From: Auanema rhodensis
Lineage: Eukaryota > Animalia > Nematoda
Reading direction: 5' to 3'
Assembly (NCBI GenBank): GCA_964057225.1
Contig: OZ059898.1
Coordinates: 11,222,001 to 11,286,000, forward strand
Length of the DNA: 64,000 nt
Shown here in pieces: positions 26,301 to 39,173 of this stretch. Below the pieces are notes generated by a model, which worked only from the letters and a program-made list of their open reading frames with translations, ran no database searches and was not told the origin of the DNA. Every line of letters begins with the position of its first letter. Positions within the stretch are counted from its first letter, which is position 1. The position numbers and the translations under genes were made by a program.

Positions 26301-29300
26301 ATTTTTAATCATCTTGTTTGCAGGAAATCATAAAACTTTGGAGGTTAGCACAAAAGAAATCGGTCAAGACTGCAGTTGGTCGTGCTCTTACAACAGATTA
26401 TTATTATAGAATGTGGACGGTAATGGGTAACTGCTGTGCTCGTTTGTTAAGTTGTTTGACTCATAATATTCACTCGTTCCTTTTCTCTATGTCTCTGATT
26501 CTCGTGCTTTTTCAGAATTTTGATTTGTCTCTCGTCGATCCTCTTAATCAAATCCTCTCATATTCTATTCACTATTGTACGTATCTCTAATCTTCTTCAA
26601 ATATATGATATTGTCTTCTCTGTGACTTCTAGCCTTGGTGATAGATCTGCCTTCCGAATTGATTCTGTTTGTCTCTTCTATCCCTAACGTCATCTTGCAA
26701 GCAAATAACTAGTCGGCTACGCAAAGCAAAAGTTCGAAACCGTCTTAGTGCATACCCGTAGCATCTGAAGCTAATAATCTAGGTAGCACCTAGAAACATC
26801 AAAAGAACGGTCGAGAGAGCCGGAAGTGAGAGGTAGGCGCATCATTGACAAGCTGCACTCATAAAGAATCCGGTAGTATACTTGGAACTTGAAAAAGCTT
26901 GTTTCCGCTTGCTTAAACATAATGAGAACATTTTGTTTGAACTCGATGATATGAACACAAAAATGTAAAATATCATTCCGGAAATGAAAAAAAGTCAAAA
27001 TATATAGCAATTTGAACTCGAAATGATTTAAAAATTAAATATTTGTAAATAAATTGTAAGAGTTGTATAATAATAGCAATGATCAATTCTTCGTTTTACA
27101 ATAAGAAAAGAATATTTCAAGACTAAGAAAAATTACAAATAAAATGGACCGAATACAACCGCTCAGTACGATAATTCAAACAGAAATGAAATTTTCTCAA
27201 TGTACCGCATTATAAGACGATATTACGATTTGGTTCTGTTAATAAAAGTTTTTTTTTCCAGTTCAACTCATGTTTGTCTCAGAAATAATCATGGGAGAAG
27301 GTAAATTTCGATGAATAACAAGAATACACAACATATTTAAGTTATTTTCAGAAATAATAACGATTTAAGAAAAATTTAAAAACAGTGATGTCATCAGTCG
27401 TAGGAGGAGTTGCTGTTAAGAAAAGTTGAAGTAGTATTGTATTCTAGGGTCAAGAAATCACATTCAATCAGCGCAAAATGAAAAGGGCGCACAGTTGACA
27501 GTTATATGATGGGGAGAAGAACAACGTTTTGGAAGAGAGAGAAAGAGAGAAAAAAACGAAAATCAAATCACTTACTTCTTTCTATAACATGATAAATGAA
27601 GGAAAAGATGTCAAAAAGAGACTTAAATAAAATTCATGGTCACGAGAAGTTGGACTGTAAGGATAAGTAGAGAATACGAAAAAATCGAAGTTAATTACAA
27701 AAACTGATGATTGCCTTGTGAATTTAATAAAAAATTGTTTATATTCTTCATTAAAACTTCTAAAATATATGAAAAAACAGTGCAGATTTGAAGAAAATGA
27801 AGGTTTTCAATACATGACTTTAAACGAGTTGTTGACATCTTTTCGATGATCAACGACAGTACCTGCTTCAGATGTTTGTCACACGATCTATACAGATGAC
27901 ATGGGTGTGTCAGATGAAATTTTACAATAGATAAAAATAGTATAAATATGTAATGATCATAATATATGTTATGTATAGTACGAGCTACACTAATTTAGAT
28001 AAAAAATTTAAAAAAAACAAATTATCAAATACATTAAGGAGAAGAGAAAGGAAATCCTTATATTGATGTCAGGCTAAATGAATGATCAAAGAATTCTCAC
28101 CAAAGGGATAGGGCTCGCTGGGGTGCGAACAGACAATTCGAAGCTATGGAGGGCATCACATACTCGCACTTTGGAGAAATTCCACTATCGACTTCAAAAG
28201 CGCCATATACGATGATAAATTAGTCTCCTTTCCAGAATTTTGAGACAATCATTTCCTGCATTTTGTCACAATGCCATTGAGAAAATAATAATCTTTGAGA
28301 TTTTAGAAAATTTTAAGTACAGGAAAGAAAAGAAATGTTTTGAATTATTGCTCGAATAATACTTTCCGTCATCAATTAGATTGTGAAATCAATGATGAAT
28401 ATAGTTTTGTTTTGTTTTTTAGAAGAAAAAATCAATGATATTTGAAACGATTAGATATGAATGTGAATATGAAGGCTGAGGAGAATGTGTTTACATGTGT
28501 ATAGATGAGTGTAACTGTAACTAACTGTTAATATGATATATGCTTTCGTTTAAGCAAATGTTCAATGTGATGTGAAAAATAGAAATAAATTTATAAAAAT
28601 TTCAAAATATTTATGAATTTATGATGAAGATAATTGACTTTTGAACTATTTCGAGCAGAAATGTATGACTTGCACAGACGTAGGAGTGTGAGAACAATCC
28701 ATATTCATCGCAATTTCAATGTGTAATACATTCAATACAGTCTTGCTTTTTAGTATTAATTGATGTTATCTATATAGTTGTTCCATAAATTATAGATTTT
28801 TGATAGAAATAGATGTATATTTCTTGAAAAAAAAAACAAATAGAATATAGATTGAAATACAGAGTGTGTATCAGAGTGTTAACTCTAGGATAATGCTCAC
28901 ATAAAAAACTTAATACTTGAGAAGAACATAAGTAAAATAATTATTCCTGTTTTATTTCATGTAGTACAAGGTTAAGTGAAAGTTTGTAAACAAAATCGAA
29001 ACTATTTGAGCTTTTAACATTTATATTCAGCTGAAATATGTAGGTGGAAGAATGTGATAGTATGACAAGCTATTAATTTGATAACAGGAAAGATAATTTG
29101 AAATCCTAATAACGGACAGGCTAGCCAACAATTAATCAATTTTTCAAATTTTCTTCTTTCTAAATATTATATTAATCACAGATATGAAGTAATGCTATAA
29201 ACCATATGTTGATTATGCAAAGAGAACATGACGTGTTAAGAAAATGAAAGTAATAAATCTTATATTATTTGATTCTTAGCATTTTTATACGAAATTAAGC

Positions 29301-31885
29301 TGTAGAAAAGGGGAAACGAAATCAATTTATCGAGTTTTAATTTCAAATTTTTTTTTATTCGTAGAGGAATGAGATAGCTAAACGAATAGATTACAAGCAG
29401 TTTGTTGTTCAATTTACAGCAAAACATTGATCGTTCTAAAACATGGAGTTTCATGTTATAGGCATAAGATTGCGTTCTTCATTCTGCTAATCTGCTGTTA
29501 CTACTACTATTGCTACTTCAACTGTTACAAACTATAGCTTTATGCTGTCATTTTAAGAAAAAAAACAGAAAACAATTCTCGTGAGAATTCAATAAAAATC
29601 AAACACAAACTTGTCATGAAATGTTATAAACACATATGAATGATGAAAGCCTTATATGAGCAAGGGTTGGTTTTGATTTAACTTAAAATAAAATACTGCT
29701 AATTCATCATTTTGAAGAAATTGTGTGTCTAAAGATGAAACGAAAAAACGAAATATATCGAGAAAATGATGATTCTGAAGGTTTTGTAGGCAATGTTTGT
29801 TTAAATATATAAGCATGTATGACAAGAATAGAGAAATGACCAATCGGATACAAGATACGAACAAGAAAATAAGCCGATGACCATGAAAAGAATTTCCGAA
29901 GAATAACAAGAGTATAATGAAAAGAAGGAACGAATCGAATATTACTATTTGATTATCAAAGTGGATGCACGCACAACCTCAGCATGTTATAAGTTGAACT
30001 TGGGAACTATAACTTTTTACTACAACTAAACAGTTAAACTTTTTTTTTCATTGACAATAAAATGAAAAATTAAAAACAAAGACAATAATACTCAATATAG
30101 GAATATATTTAAAAAAGATTTAACAGAATAATTCAGTATTTTCTTGCACTATTCCGATTTACTCGGCAGTGGTCAGAGGTTCAAAAAATTGATCATCTGG
30201 TTAACCGTTAGTGTTTCATGTTTTTTTAAATTGTTTCTAAAAAAAATTGCTTTAAAACATAAAAATAGTGAGAAAACAAAACTAGAATATCTAGATGTTA
30301 TATTTGTCAGTTATTGAAAACTAAATATCCCATTACAATGACATGCTAGTTGTCAGTAAAAGCTTGTCTTGTCTCCAGACTTTTAAGGAAATATGAAAAT
30401 AAACACAATATTCTATTGAAAGTTTAACTCTTTTTAGTTAGGGAAATATATATAACGATCAATGTTGTAATAAACAAGATGATCAACTATAATATAATTG
30501 AAATATTTACTTATGAATAACTAGAAGATGAAAGAAAACAATATAAAATAGAAATATTATAAACTAACCTAATAAGCAGCGTATTTGAGTGAAGCACAGG
30601 ATATGGGTACATGGTGGTGATTCAGCACAACTTGTATGTTCGGCCAGAAGAACGAACGGTTCGGCAGCGCACTGCATTGCTATGAAGGAAACTCTGAATA
30701 TTGAATTTTGACATATAAAGAACATCACCGATATTTGAACAAAAAGGATAACATTTAAAAAGAAAATAGGAAACAGGATAGTCAGAGTGTGAATGATATA
30801 GAAAAACTTGGAATTCCGAAACGGAGTTGGTGCAATACAATAAAGGTAGAAAAAGGAGCAAGAATTTAAGTCGGGATTGGTGCCAACATAAAGAAAATTG
30901 TAAAGCTTTGAAAATTCATAAAATCTACTTATTAATTGTTCTGAAAGATGAAAAAGCTTAATTCTTTTGTGTGGGCATTGCGACAACTGACTAAGATTAC
31001 TGGAGCATTATGCTCAAAGTTTGAAAAGTTTGTATAGAGATAGAGCGATAAATCTATGATGAAAAGAAAATAGGCACATGCATGAACTGAATGTGTGATT
31101 GAATAGAATAATTCAGGCTCTTAACGTATCGGAACAGAGATTGTAGAACAATATGTGTGGGACCAGTAGATTTAACAGAGAATAACATAAAGATGAAATC
31201 GAATTGAGAAGAGAAAAGGTTATGTGAGGTAAAATGAATAGATAAAGAGAGAGAGCGAGCGAATTGTCAGATAGAAAAAGATGAAAGTTGTAAAAGAAGG
31301 CTAGAAAGGTTTTATTGAAATGAACATCACTCCCTTAGGGCATTTGGATACTTAGTTTTATTAGAGAGGGACAGATTGAAATCTAATTCAACTGGTTATT
31401 TTGTTGAATATGACCATCACCTCATCATTATATATTGGTATATAGATTAGACTTTCCTCTTACATAGAAACACCGACAAAGTCGGTTCAATATGTCAACC
31501 TTACGTGTAGTACTCTAGCAGCAAGAGCACGTCGTACCACTTCAGAACAAGCTGAATGAATGACTTGCTCAAACAGCCTAACGGTCAATTCCACTTGTAT
31601 TGGGCTATTCCTTTGAACAATTGCAAAAGCATAAATAAATTAAAAGTATAAAACATCTTTTTACAGTAATTGTTATGAATTTCAAAATTTATTGAAACAT
31701 TATACAAATCAATAATCATTCAAAATTATACCATTGTTCTTTAAAGAAAAATATAAAACATAACATAATTTTCAGTACTTATAAATTATATAGTATGTCA
31801 TAGAATTTCATTTGGAAATGAAAATTCATGAACAATGTAAATATAGTTATTTCCACGAGTTTATACTTTGTAAAAATACAAGTAA

Positions 31886-33643
31886 TTACATAAATGAGCT
31901 GACTAATCTAGTAGTAGTCACAGAAGAAATCGACATACTTTGGCGCTGCATCTTCTTAACATTCATTGAGTTACAAACAAAACTGTAATTGAAAAAAAAA
32001 AGAAAAACGTACGTGTCCTAACATCCAATGAATTAGGCCAATCACTCCATTACGGATTGTTTGATTCATCACTATATAAATGATAGCCGGAAATCCTTCA
32101 AGTATGCATTTTTTTAAGTTTTTCAAGTTTTTATAGTTTTGATTGATATTTCTAAAAAGTAACAAGACACATTTAATAAGCCACCATAAAGCTAAAACTC
32201 AAACTAATATAAACTTAAAAAGTTCGACATAATTGATTTGCTCTCCTCTTCTGTATTGGAATTTCTACAAATCTGAGAATTGTAGAAATTCCAATACAGA
32301 AGAGGAGAGCAAATCTAGCAAATGTAGAACAAAACCAAAAATATGTTTTAATGAATCAAAAAAGTTTTCGAAAACTTCTAGTTAAGAAAAAGTGATTTTC
32401 AGATAAAAAATCTAAGTAGTCTTCTTGTTGTGAATAATACCTTGTATTAGTTGATAAGCAAACATCACGAAAGGAAGTATCCATTCAGGAATCTTCACAA
32501 AAATCATTGAGATATATGTAAAGGATATCCATAAATTTAAAAAGGACAAGGTAACAGATTGAAAGAAAACCTAGAAAAATTATTTTTATTCAAAATTGAT
32601 ACAAAATAATATTCATATCTAGGAATCACCTGTCGTTGATATCGCCTGATAGATCGTTTTACATTTTCGATTTTCAACTTTTGAAATACAGCAAAAAAAT
32701 AGATAATATATATGATATATATTAAACAAATTGAGAATACGACAATTCCATTATTAAAAAACATGAGGTTATCCATGTACTGCAAATCTATTTAGCTGAT
32801 TACAATTGATGACTTTGATACCGGGGATTTATCTTCGTAAATTCCAGGATGAGGTAATATGCATGCAATAATATTAGAGTATAATGGAGCTTTATCAAAA
32901 AATGCATAAATTAAACCGTAAGTATATCCCAAAACAATCAGTATGTAAGTATATTTTTCGAGAAATTCCAATGATTTCGGACTTAAATTCATTAAAACAA
33001 TATATTGATTAATCCTGTGTCTACCTTACTCCAGAAACTCCTAATAGACGTTCAATGGATAAGAGAAAACACAAAAAACAGTTTGAACCCCATACAACTA
33101 TAAAAGCATTTTAGTTTTTTTTTCAGGAAAATAAAAAAACAATAGAAACCCACAGTTGTGCATAGAACCCATCGAATATAAAAAATTAGGATAATCACAA
33201 AATGATATTCCATGATAAATACATGCAGCTAAAATATTAAAAGTTGAAAGTTAAAATATAAAAATTTCATAAACAATAAATAAAATTGATTAGAATTGAA
33301 GAACACATGTCAACAATTCCAAGGTAGAACATAATCTTATAACAAGAATGTCGGAAGATGTGCTTTTGAGTCATGACAGATAAGCATAGAGCGTAGAGAA
33401 CCTAGAAAAGCTTCATCTTTTCATATTTCAAATGTAAATTTCTGAATACATGTGTTAGAACCCCATACGTGAATGTGATTGTTCCCCATGTAGGACGACG
33501 AATTGAGTGAGTGATATTGACATCTCTCTCACTCATCGCACTAAATTTTCTTTTTTTTTGTTTCTCAAATACAAAAAAAGGATTTACCTGCAGTTATACA
33601 GTGGATTAGCTTGTAAGGAACCGTAATAGAACATCTCATACAT
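31886..33643 (-). CDS. Serpentine chemoreceptor, srt-type (copy A)
   Basis: Contains MYEMFYYGSLQANPLYNCS, CYKIMFYLGIVD, CDYPNFLY, LSIERLL and GFPAIIYIVMNQTIR. The last-exon acceptor is uncertain. Confidence 0.8.
32235..32315. repeat. Perfect 36-bp inverted repeat with 9-nt spacer, intronic in srt copy A
   Basis: GATTTGCTCTCCTCTTCTGTATTGGAATTTCTACAA (32235-32270) and its exact reverse complement (32280-32315). Confidence 0.95.
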
Positions 33644-33977
33644 GGTTTTATTTGATGAATAGTGTATAGAGAAATTTAAATTCATATGATAACTGAGATT
33701 TGGTGTTACACTTCCGATTACAGGTGTTATACTTTCTCATAATAAATCTTGAATGCCCACTTTGACAGATAACACAACTTGAAATAATAATGTTGTATAA
33801 GAATATATGTGTGATGTCGTTCTAGTAAATGTAGAAATAACGGATGAGCCATAGTTTGATATTCACAAACGAAAAAGTTCAGAAAATTCCCAGTAAGACT
33901 AATACATAACACTATTCGAATATTGTATGATATATAGAAATCTGCAAACTAATTTTAAGAGGATGAAAAATGTAAAA

Positions 33978-34063
33978 ATGTGTTTTTGAGTTATGACAGA
34001 TACTTCTACAACGATACTGTATGAAAAACTAATTATTCCTCATCTGATTGAATGACTGATATT
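33978..34063 (-). pseudogene. Deleted srt remnant (pieces of exons 3 and 2 joined)
   Basis: atgtgtttttgagttatgacagata, cttctacaacgatactgtatgaaaaactaattattcctcat and attgaatgactgatatt match, in order, separate segments of srt copy C between about 38888 and 39048. Confidence 0.75.
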
Positions 34064-34881
34064 AACTCAAGAACTCCCTGTTGATGGTGATTTGGCTGCT
34101 TCAATTGGACGATACGCTCTCTACTACCATGTAAAGAAGGACAATTACAAGAGAAGTGCTATTCCGTTGACTCCAAGACTTGCGGCAACTTTTCGTCACG
34201 GAGATAACAAATCAATCGAAATAGGTTTGTTAGTTATGGGTTTATTTCATTCAATTGGCTATTTCTAGGTGATACAATTGTAATCCGTTATTGGTCCGAC
34301 GAAGAACTTAAAGTTTCAACTCGTGCTGTGAAAATCGTTGAAGAACTGGACACAATCATCTTGGAATCGGACGAAGCAGATCTTTGTGACAAAGATCTAA
34401 TTTCCAATTCAATATTACCTCAAAAGGGAATGCAATACCTGCTGGTAATTTTTTTATCAATTAAAGCATTTTACTAAATTATTCCTAAAAATGTACTTAT
34501 TTAGATGGGATATTCGATTCTTCATAAAAAGACAAGTCATCTATCGCTTTCAACTGGAATTATTGTTAGTGATGTGACTCGAAGATTTCGATATACGGGA
34601 TCAAGCGGCTCATTAAAAGGAGATAGCGGTGGCAGCTGTTGGAACGAAAACGGGCAACTGATAGGAATGCAAGTTGAAGTACAAAAAGTGCCACACACTC
34701 AAGATGAAAAAGGACGACCGGCTTCACCTGCTTCTGGAGGCCGTTGCTGCATTGTGGCGATCATATCCATTCTTGCTAACATTCAGGTAATATTAACTGA
34801 TAATTCATGTGAACAATTTTCGGACTTTAGGATTTGTTGCCACCGGCCGACTCTGATGGAGAATATGAATGGAATGAATGA
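34056..34881 (+). CDS. Intracellular trypsin-like serine protease (wosp-like); 5' end truncated or disrupted, possible pseudogene
   Basis: Four exons with GT-AG introns splice to about 225 aa with catalytic-triad motifs ATFRH, ELDTIIL and GDSGGSCW, ending GEYEWNE*. An in-frame TGA at 34053-34055 separates it from an upstream ATG at 33993. Confidence 0.8.
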
Positions 34882-35301
34882 ATTTTCTTCTTTTTCGTTT
34901 AAATATTTCGTTGCTGCAAGTTTGTTAGCGCAGTCAGGTCCTTGGAGAAGGTGATCATTTAATAAGAGAATTTTTATTAGCGCAATTTGTGACTCGTATT
35001 GTTGCATTGCCGGAATTCTTTAAAACCTGGAAACTTGCTATAATGGTTGATTTTTGGTTCGTTAGAGCTTCAAAATCGTTGAAAATATGTAGAAAAGCGT
35101 CAGAAAGCTTTGATAATCATTCATGAAAGGTGATTACCTTCTAGAAGCTTGCCAAATTACTTCAATAGGAAAAGAAGTAGAGAAGTTTTATGAAACAATT
35201 GTTAACAAGGTTATACTTTATACAAATGTTTGCATGAAAGTCAAAAAACATCAAAATGGTTGTTATTCTTGAATTGAATATTCATTGTAAAGTCTTGATT
35301 A

Positions 35302-36767
35302 TCAAAGTTTGTAAAGATCTGTGTTAGTTGTTGCAGTAATTGAAATAACATTTGTCTTCCATATTTTCTAGAATAAAAATTAATTAATTTTATATTTCTA
35401 TTTTTACGTTGTCCTATATATACCTTTCCAGTTATTTTATTTATATATAACTGAACAGCTTCAGTTATTGCTCGATTCATTGAAATATAAATAATGGCTG
35501 GCAATCCTTATTTAATCATTCAAAGAATAATATTATTAATAATTAAAAACCTGATGCCGTTTGATAAGACTTCATGGCTAGCCTTGAAACTTCTTCAGGT
35601 ACATTGATGAATAAGAACGAGCAATACATCATAGCAGTACCGAAGTTCATCATGGAAAGAACAAGAGCTTGAATTAAAATCTAAAAACTATCATGTTTCA
35701 GGAAATTTTTCGAAAAATATTTTTTCTAAACTTGTCGTTTATATCTTCGACATCTGTCATTTTGCATGATTTCTAAGCTTCCTAGTTTGCGACACATATA
35801 GAAGCTGTATGTAATATAGATTAATAAAGTTAAAACCACAACACATCCGTTATTAAAAAATAAAAAACGATCTATATACTGAAATAATAATGTATTCAAT
35901 TAAATTCTTAATAGTAACCTTACCTGTACTTTATCATCAATTATCAGAGGATCAGGAAATAAGCAACCGACAGTATTTGAGAATAATGGGGCCTTAGTAA
36001 GCATACCAAAAAGGAATCCATATACAAAGCCAATACAAATAAAAATATACGTTCCGGTTTCAGAGAATAAAAATTTCAATGTTCTTGGGCTAAACTATGA
36101 TCAATTATCCTACTCACTAAATTTTAGTTATGATTCACCTTATTTCTGAGGCTTCTAGTAAACGATCCAGAGATAAAATAAGACATAAATAACAAGATAT
36201 ACCCCATCCACCTAGAACAACAAAAATTATTTCAGTATAATAACGATAACTTACAATTTATACCAGAACCAACTGTATATAAAAAATTAGGATAATCACA
36301 AAATGAAATTCCAAAATAGAAACAACCTGCTATAAATTTCAAGAAAAAATTAAAATCTGTTGAATATATGAGAAATATATAAGAACTGTTTAATATACCT
36401 AATATAGTATTATTCAGAAAAGAAGATATCATATCAACAATTCCAAGAAAGAACATAATCTTATAACAAGAATATTGATAAAAATGGTTTTGAGACATTA
36501 CTGGTAAGCATAGAGCATAGAGAACCTGGAATTTCAATGCGTTACAGCTTTAGAATCATGTAATCAATGCTACTTCTACAACTATACTGTACGAAAAGCT
36601 GATCATTCCCCATATAGGACGACGAATTGAGTGACTGATATTTACATCTCTCTCACTCATCGCACTAAATTTTCTTTTTTTTTGTTTCTCAAATACAAAA
36701 AAAGGATTTACCTGCAGTTATACAGTGGATTAGCTTCCAACGAACCGTAATAGAACATCTCAATCAT
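35302..36767 (-). CDS. Serpentine chemoreceptor, srt-type (copy B)
   Basis: Contains MIEMFYYGSLEANPLYNCS, CYKIMFFLGIVD, CDYPNFLYTVG, LSLDRLLE and GLPAIIYISMNRAI. Confidence 0.82.
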
Positions 36768-36951
36768 TGCAAATAGCTTTAGAAAAATGTTTTGGACTTT
36801 TAATTCTCACTTATTATATACCATGCTTACTATAATTAACTATTCTATAATATATCTTAACACTTATTGTATAGTACACAGAAAGTTCAGTTTATAAATT
36901 TGTAAAACCATATATTAATTTATTATTTATTATATTTTTACAGGTTGTATA
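36518..36951. repeat. 434-bp near-identical duplicate of 38924-39357 (srt promoter, exons 1-2 and introns)
   Basis: Both segments run from tagagaacctggaatttcaatgcg to tttttacaggttgtata and differ at only a few positions. Confidence 0.92.
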
Positions 36952-37443
36952 CCACATACATATATTCGAGAAACAAAAATTACATTTTTTCTATGTATTG
37001 ATAAATTTAGATATTACAAGCACTCTACATTTCTGAATTGTTTTACGTCATCAGAATCCATATTCATGTAGTTAAATGAATAAATTGAGAATATGGAGTA
37101 AAACAATATTGGAGAACTTGCGTCATTAAAACTAGACATTTGTAGTGTATTGTAAAATCTTCTTTTCTTCTTCGAGTACTGTTATCATTGAATTTGCTCA
37201 GTTTAAAGCAACGTAACTTCTATATAATGTCTTTAATGAACCAAATTTACAATAACTTAGAATTAGAAAAAATTATTGAAAATTATGAAAAAGAGTATTA
37301 TGATAATAATAATATTAAAAAGTGTTAGTTTCGAACTCAATCGCATTCTTCACTGAGTATCGAACTCAATCAGATCATTCTTCTTATTTATTTCAGAAAA
37401 ACTAAAACGTGCGTACGTTTCTTTATAAAAAATTGTTTTCCTT

Positions 37444-37622
37444 TCAATATTCTTGTTATAAGATTATGTTCTTTCTTGGAATTGTTGATATGATATCTTC
37501 TTTTCTGAATAATACTATATTAGGTATATTAAACAGTTCTTATATATTTCTCATATATTCAACAGATTTTAATTTTTTCTTGAAATTTATAGCAGGTTGT
37601 TTCTATTTTGGAATTTCATTTT
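37444..37622 (+). pseudogene. Inverted 179-bp duplicate of srt copy B (36300-36478), intron included
   Basis: Reverse-complement match by eye. The ORF track shows the same QYSCYKIMFFLGIVD...GISF peptide on both strands. Confidence 0.92.
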
Positions 37623-37759
37623 TTGTGTGTTTATATATAAATCTTCAACGTTTTGTGAATATTTAAATTATTATTAACAAATATTTTTTGTTCGTTGAAT
37701 ATAAATAAAAAATGTTTATTCATTATGTTAACTATAATGGAATGAAGAATGTTCTATGT

Positions 37760-39173
37760 TTATGACTGTGTATCAAGAAACTGTCCGGCAGATCCAATAG
37801 TGCTACCATCAATTGCCTTTTTCCAAACTTCCTAAACGTTTTTCAATATTATTTATTTATTTACTCAATATATCTTACAGCTCCAATTATTTTATTTATT
37901 TTATTTTGCACTCCATGACGTATTGTTTGATTCATGGAAATATAAATAATGGCTGGAAATCCTGTATTTATTTGATATGATCCCATTAGGAATATAGGAA
38001 TTTCTTGTGGAACAGTGATATAAGAAAAGAATACATAGAATAATGCAGAACATAAATTCATTCCAGACAAAACTAAGGTTTGAGCAAAAACCTGAAAAGA
38101 TCATATTTCCTTTTTACCTCAATTAAAGGAAACAATCGCACCTGCTGTTGGAACCGTTTGTTTGAGTTTTTCAAATTTTCGACGCTTTTTAGTTTTATAT
38201 AGACAATTAGCCAATAAAGAATATAAAATAAAGTTGTCAAGATAACAACAATACAATTATTAAACATTGTAAAATAGTCTATATACTAAATATCAGTTAT
38301 GTTATGTTAAAAAAATAGTTTAAAATTTTTCTGACCAATGATTTATCTTGCAAATTCAAAGGATCAATCACGCTACAGCCTAAAGTGTTGGAAAATATTG
38401 GTGCTTTGCAAAATATAGCAAAGAAGGCCCCATAAAAACATCCAATAGTCATTATTATGTATATTCTGTTGTTCGAGAAGAAAAAGTTGAACACTTTTCG
38501 ACTTAAAACACGGCAAATTGAAATAGTGTTAAAGCTATCACCTCATTTTAGAAACTTCCAACAATCGGTCAAATGAGAGAAGAAGGCACAAAAAACAGGT
38601 ATTTCCCCAAGCAACTAAAATTGAACTATTTGAATATCAATAGTTTCAAATTGAGAATTGAAAAAAAAATAGATTAACTTACAAATGTGCAAACATCCAG
38701 CTAGATAAAGAAAATTAGGATAATCACAAAATGAGATTCCATAATAGAAACAACCTGCTATAAACTTATTTTTGAATATATGTTCAAAATTTTAAGAAAA
38801 TCACAAATTATAACACCATTAACAAAAGCAGATATCATATCAACAATTCCAAGGAAGAACATAATTTTATAACAAGAATATCGGAAGATGTGCTTTTGAG
38901 TCATGACAGATAAGCATAGAACGTAGAGAACCTGGAATTTCAATGCGTTACAGCTTTAGAATCATGTAATCAATGCTACTTCTACAACTATACTGTACGA
39001 AAAGCTGATTATTCCCCATGTAGGACGACGAATTGAGTGACTGATATTGACATCTCTCTCACTCATCGCACTAAATTTTCTTTTTTTTTGTTTCTCAAAT
39101 ACAAAAAAAGGATTTACCTGCAGTTATACAGTGGATTAGCTTCCAACGAACCGTAATAGAACATCTCAATCAT
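37760..39173 (-). CDS. Serpentine chemoreceptor, srt-type (copy C)
   Basis: Contains MIEMFYYGSLEANPLYNCS, CYKIMFFLGIVD, CDYPNFLYLAG, LSFDRLLE and GFPAIIYISMNQTIR. Confidence 0.82.

Noticed and set aside
26748-26790. miR-51/miR-100 family seed (TACCCGTAG)
   Set aside because: The surrounding hairpin is only ~43 nt and poorly paired, too short for a pre-miRNA.
34053-34055. In-frame TGA as selenocysteine or programmed readthrough
   Set aside because: The codon lies in srt-derived antisense sequence (gagtgactgatatt in the paralogs), so it is inherited junction sequence. No SECIS element was recognised.
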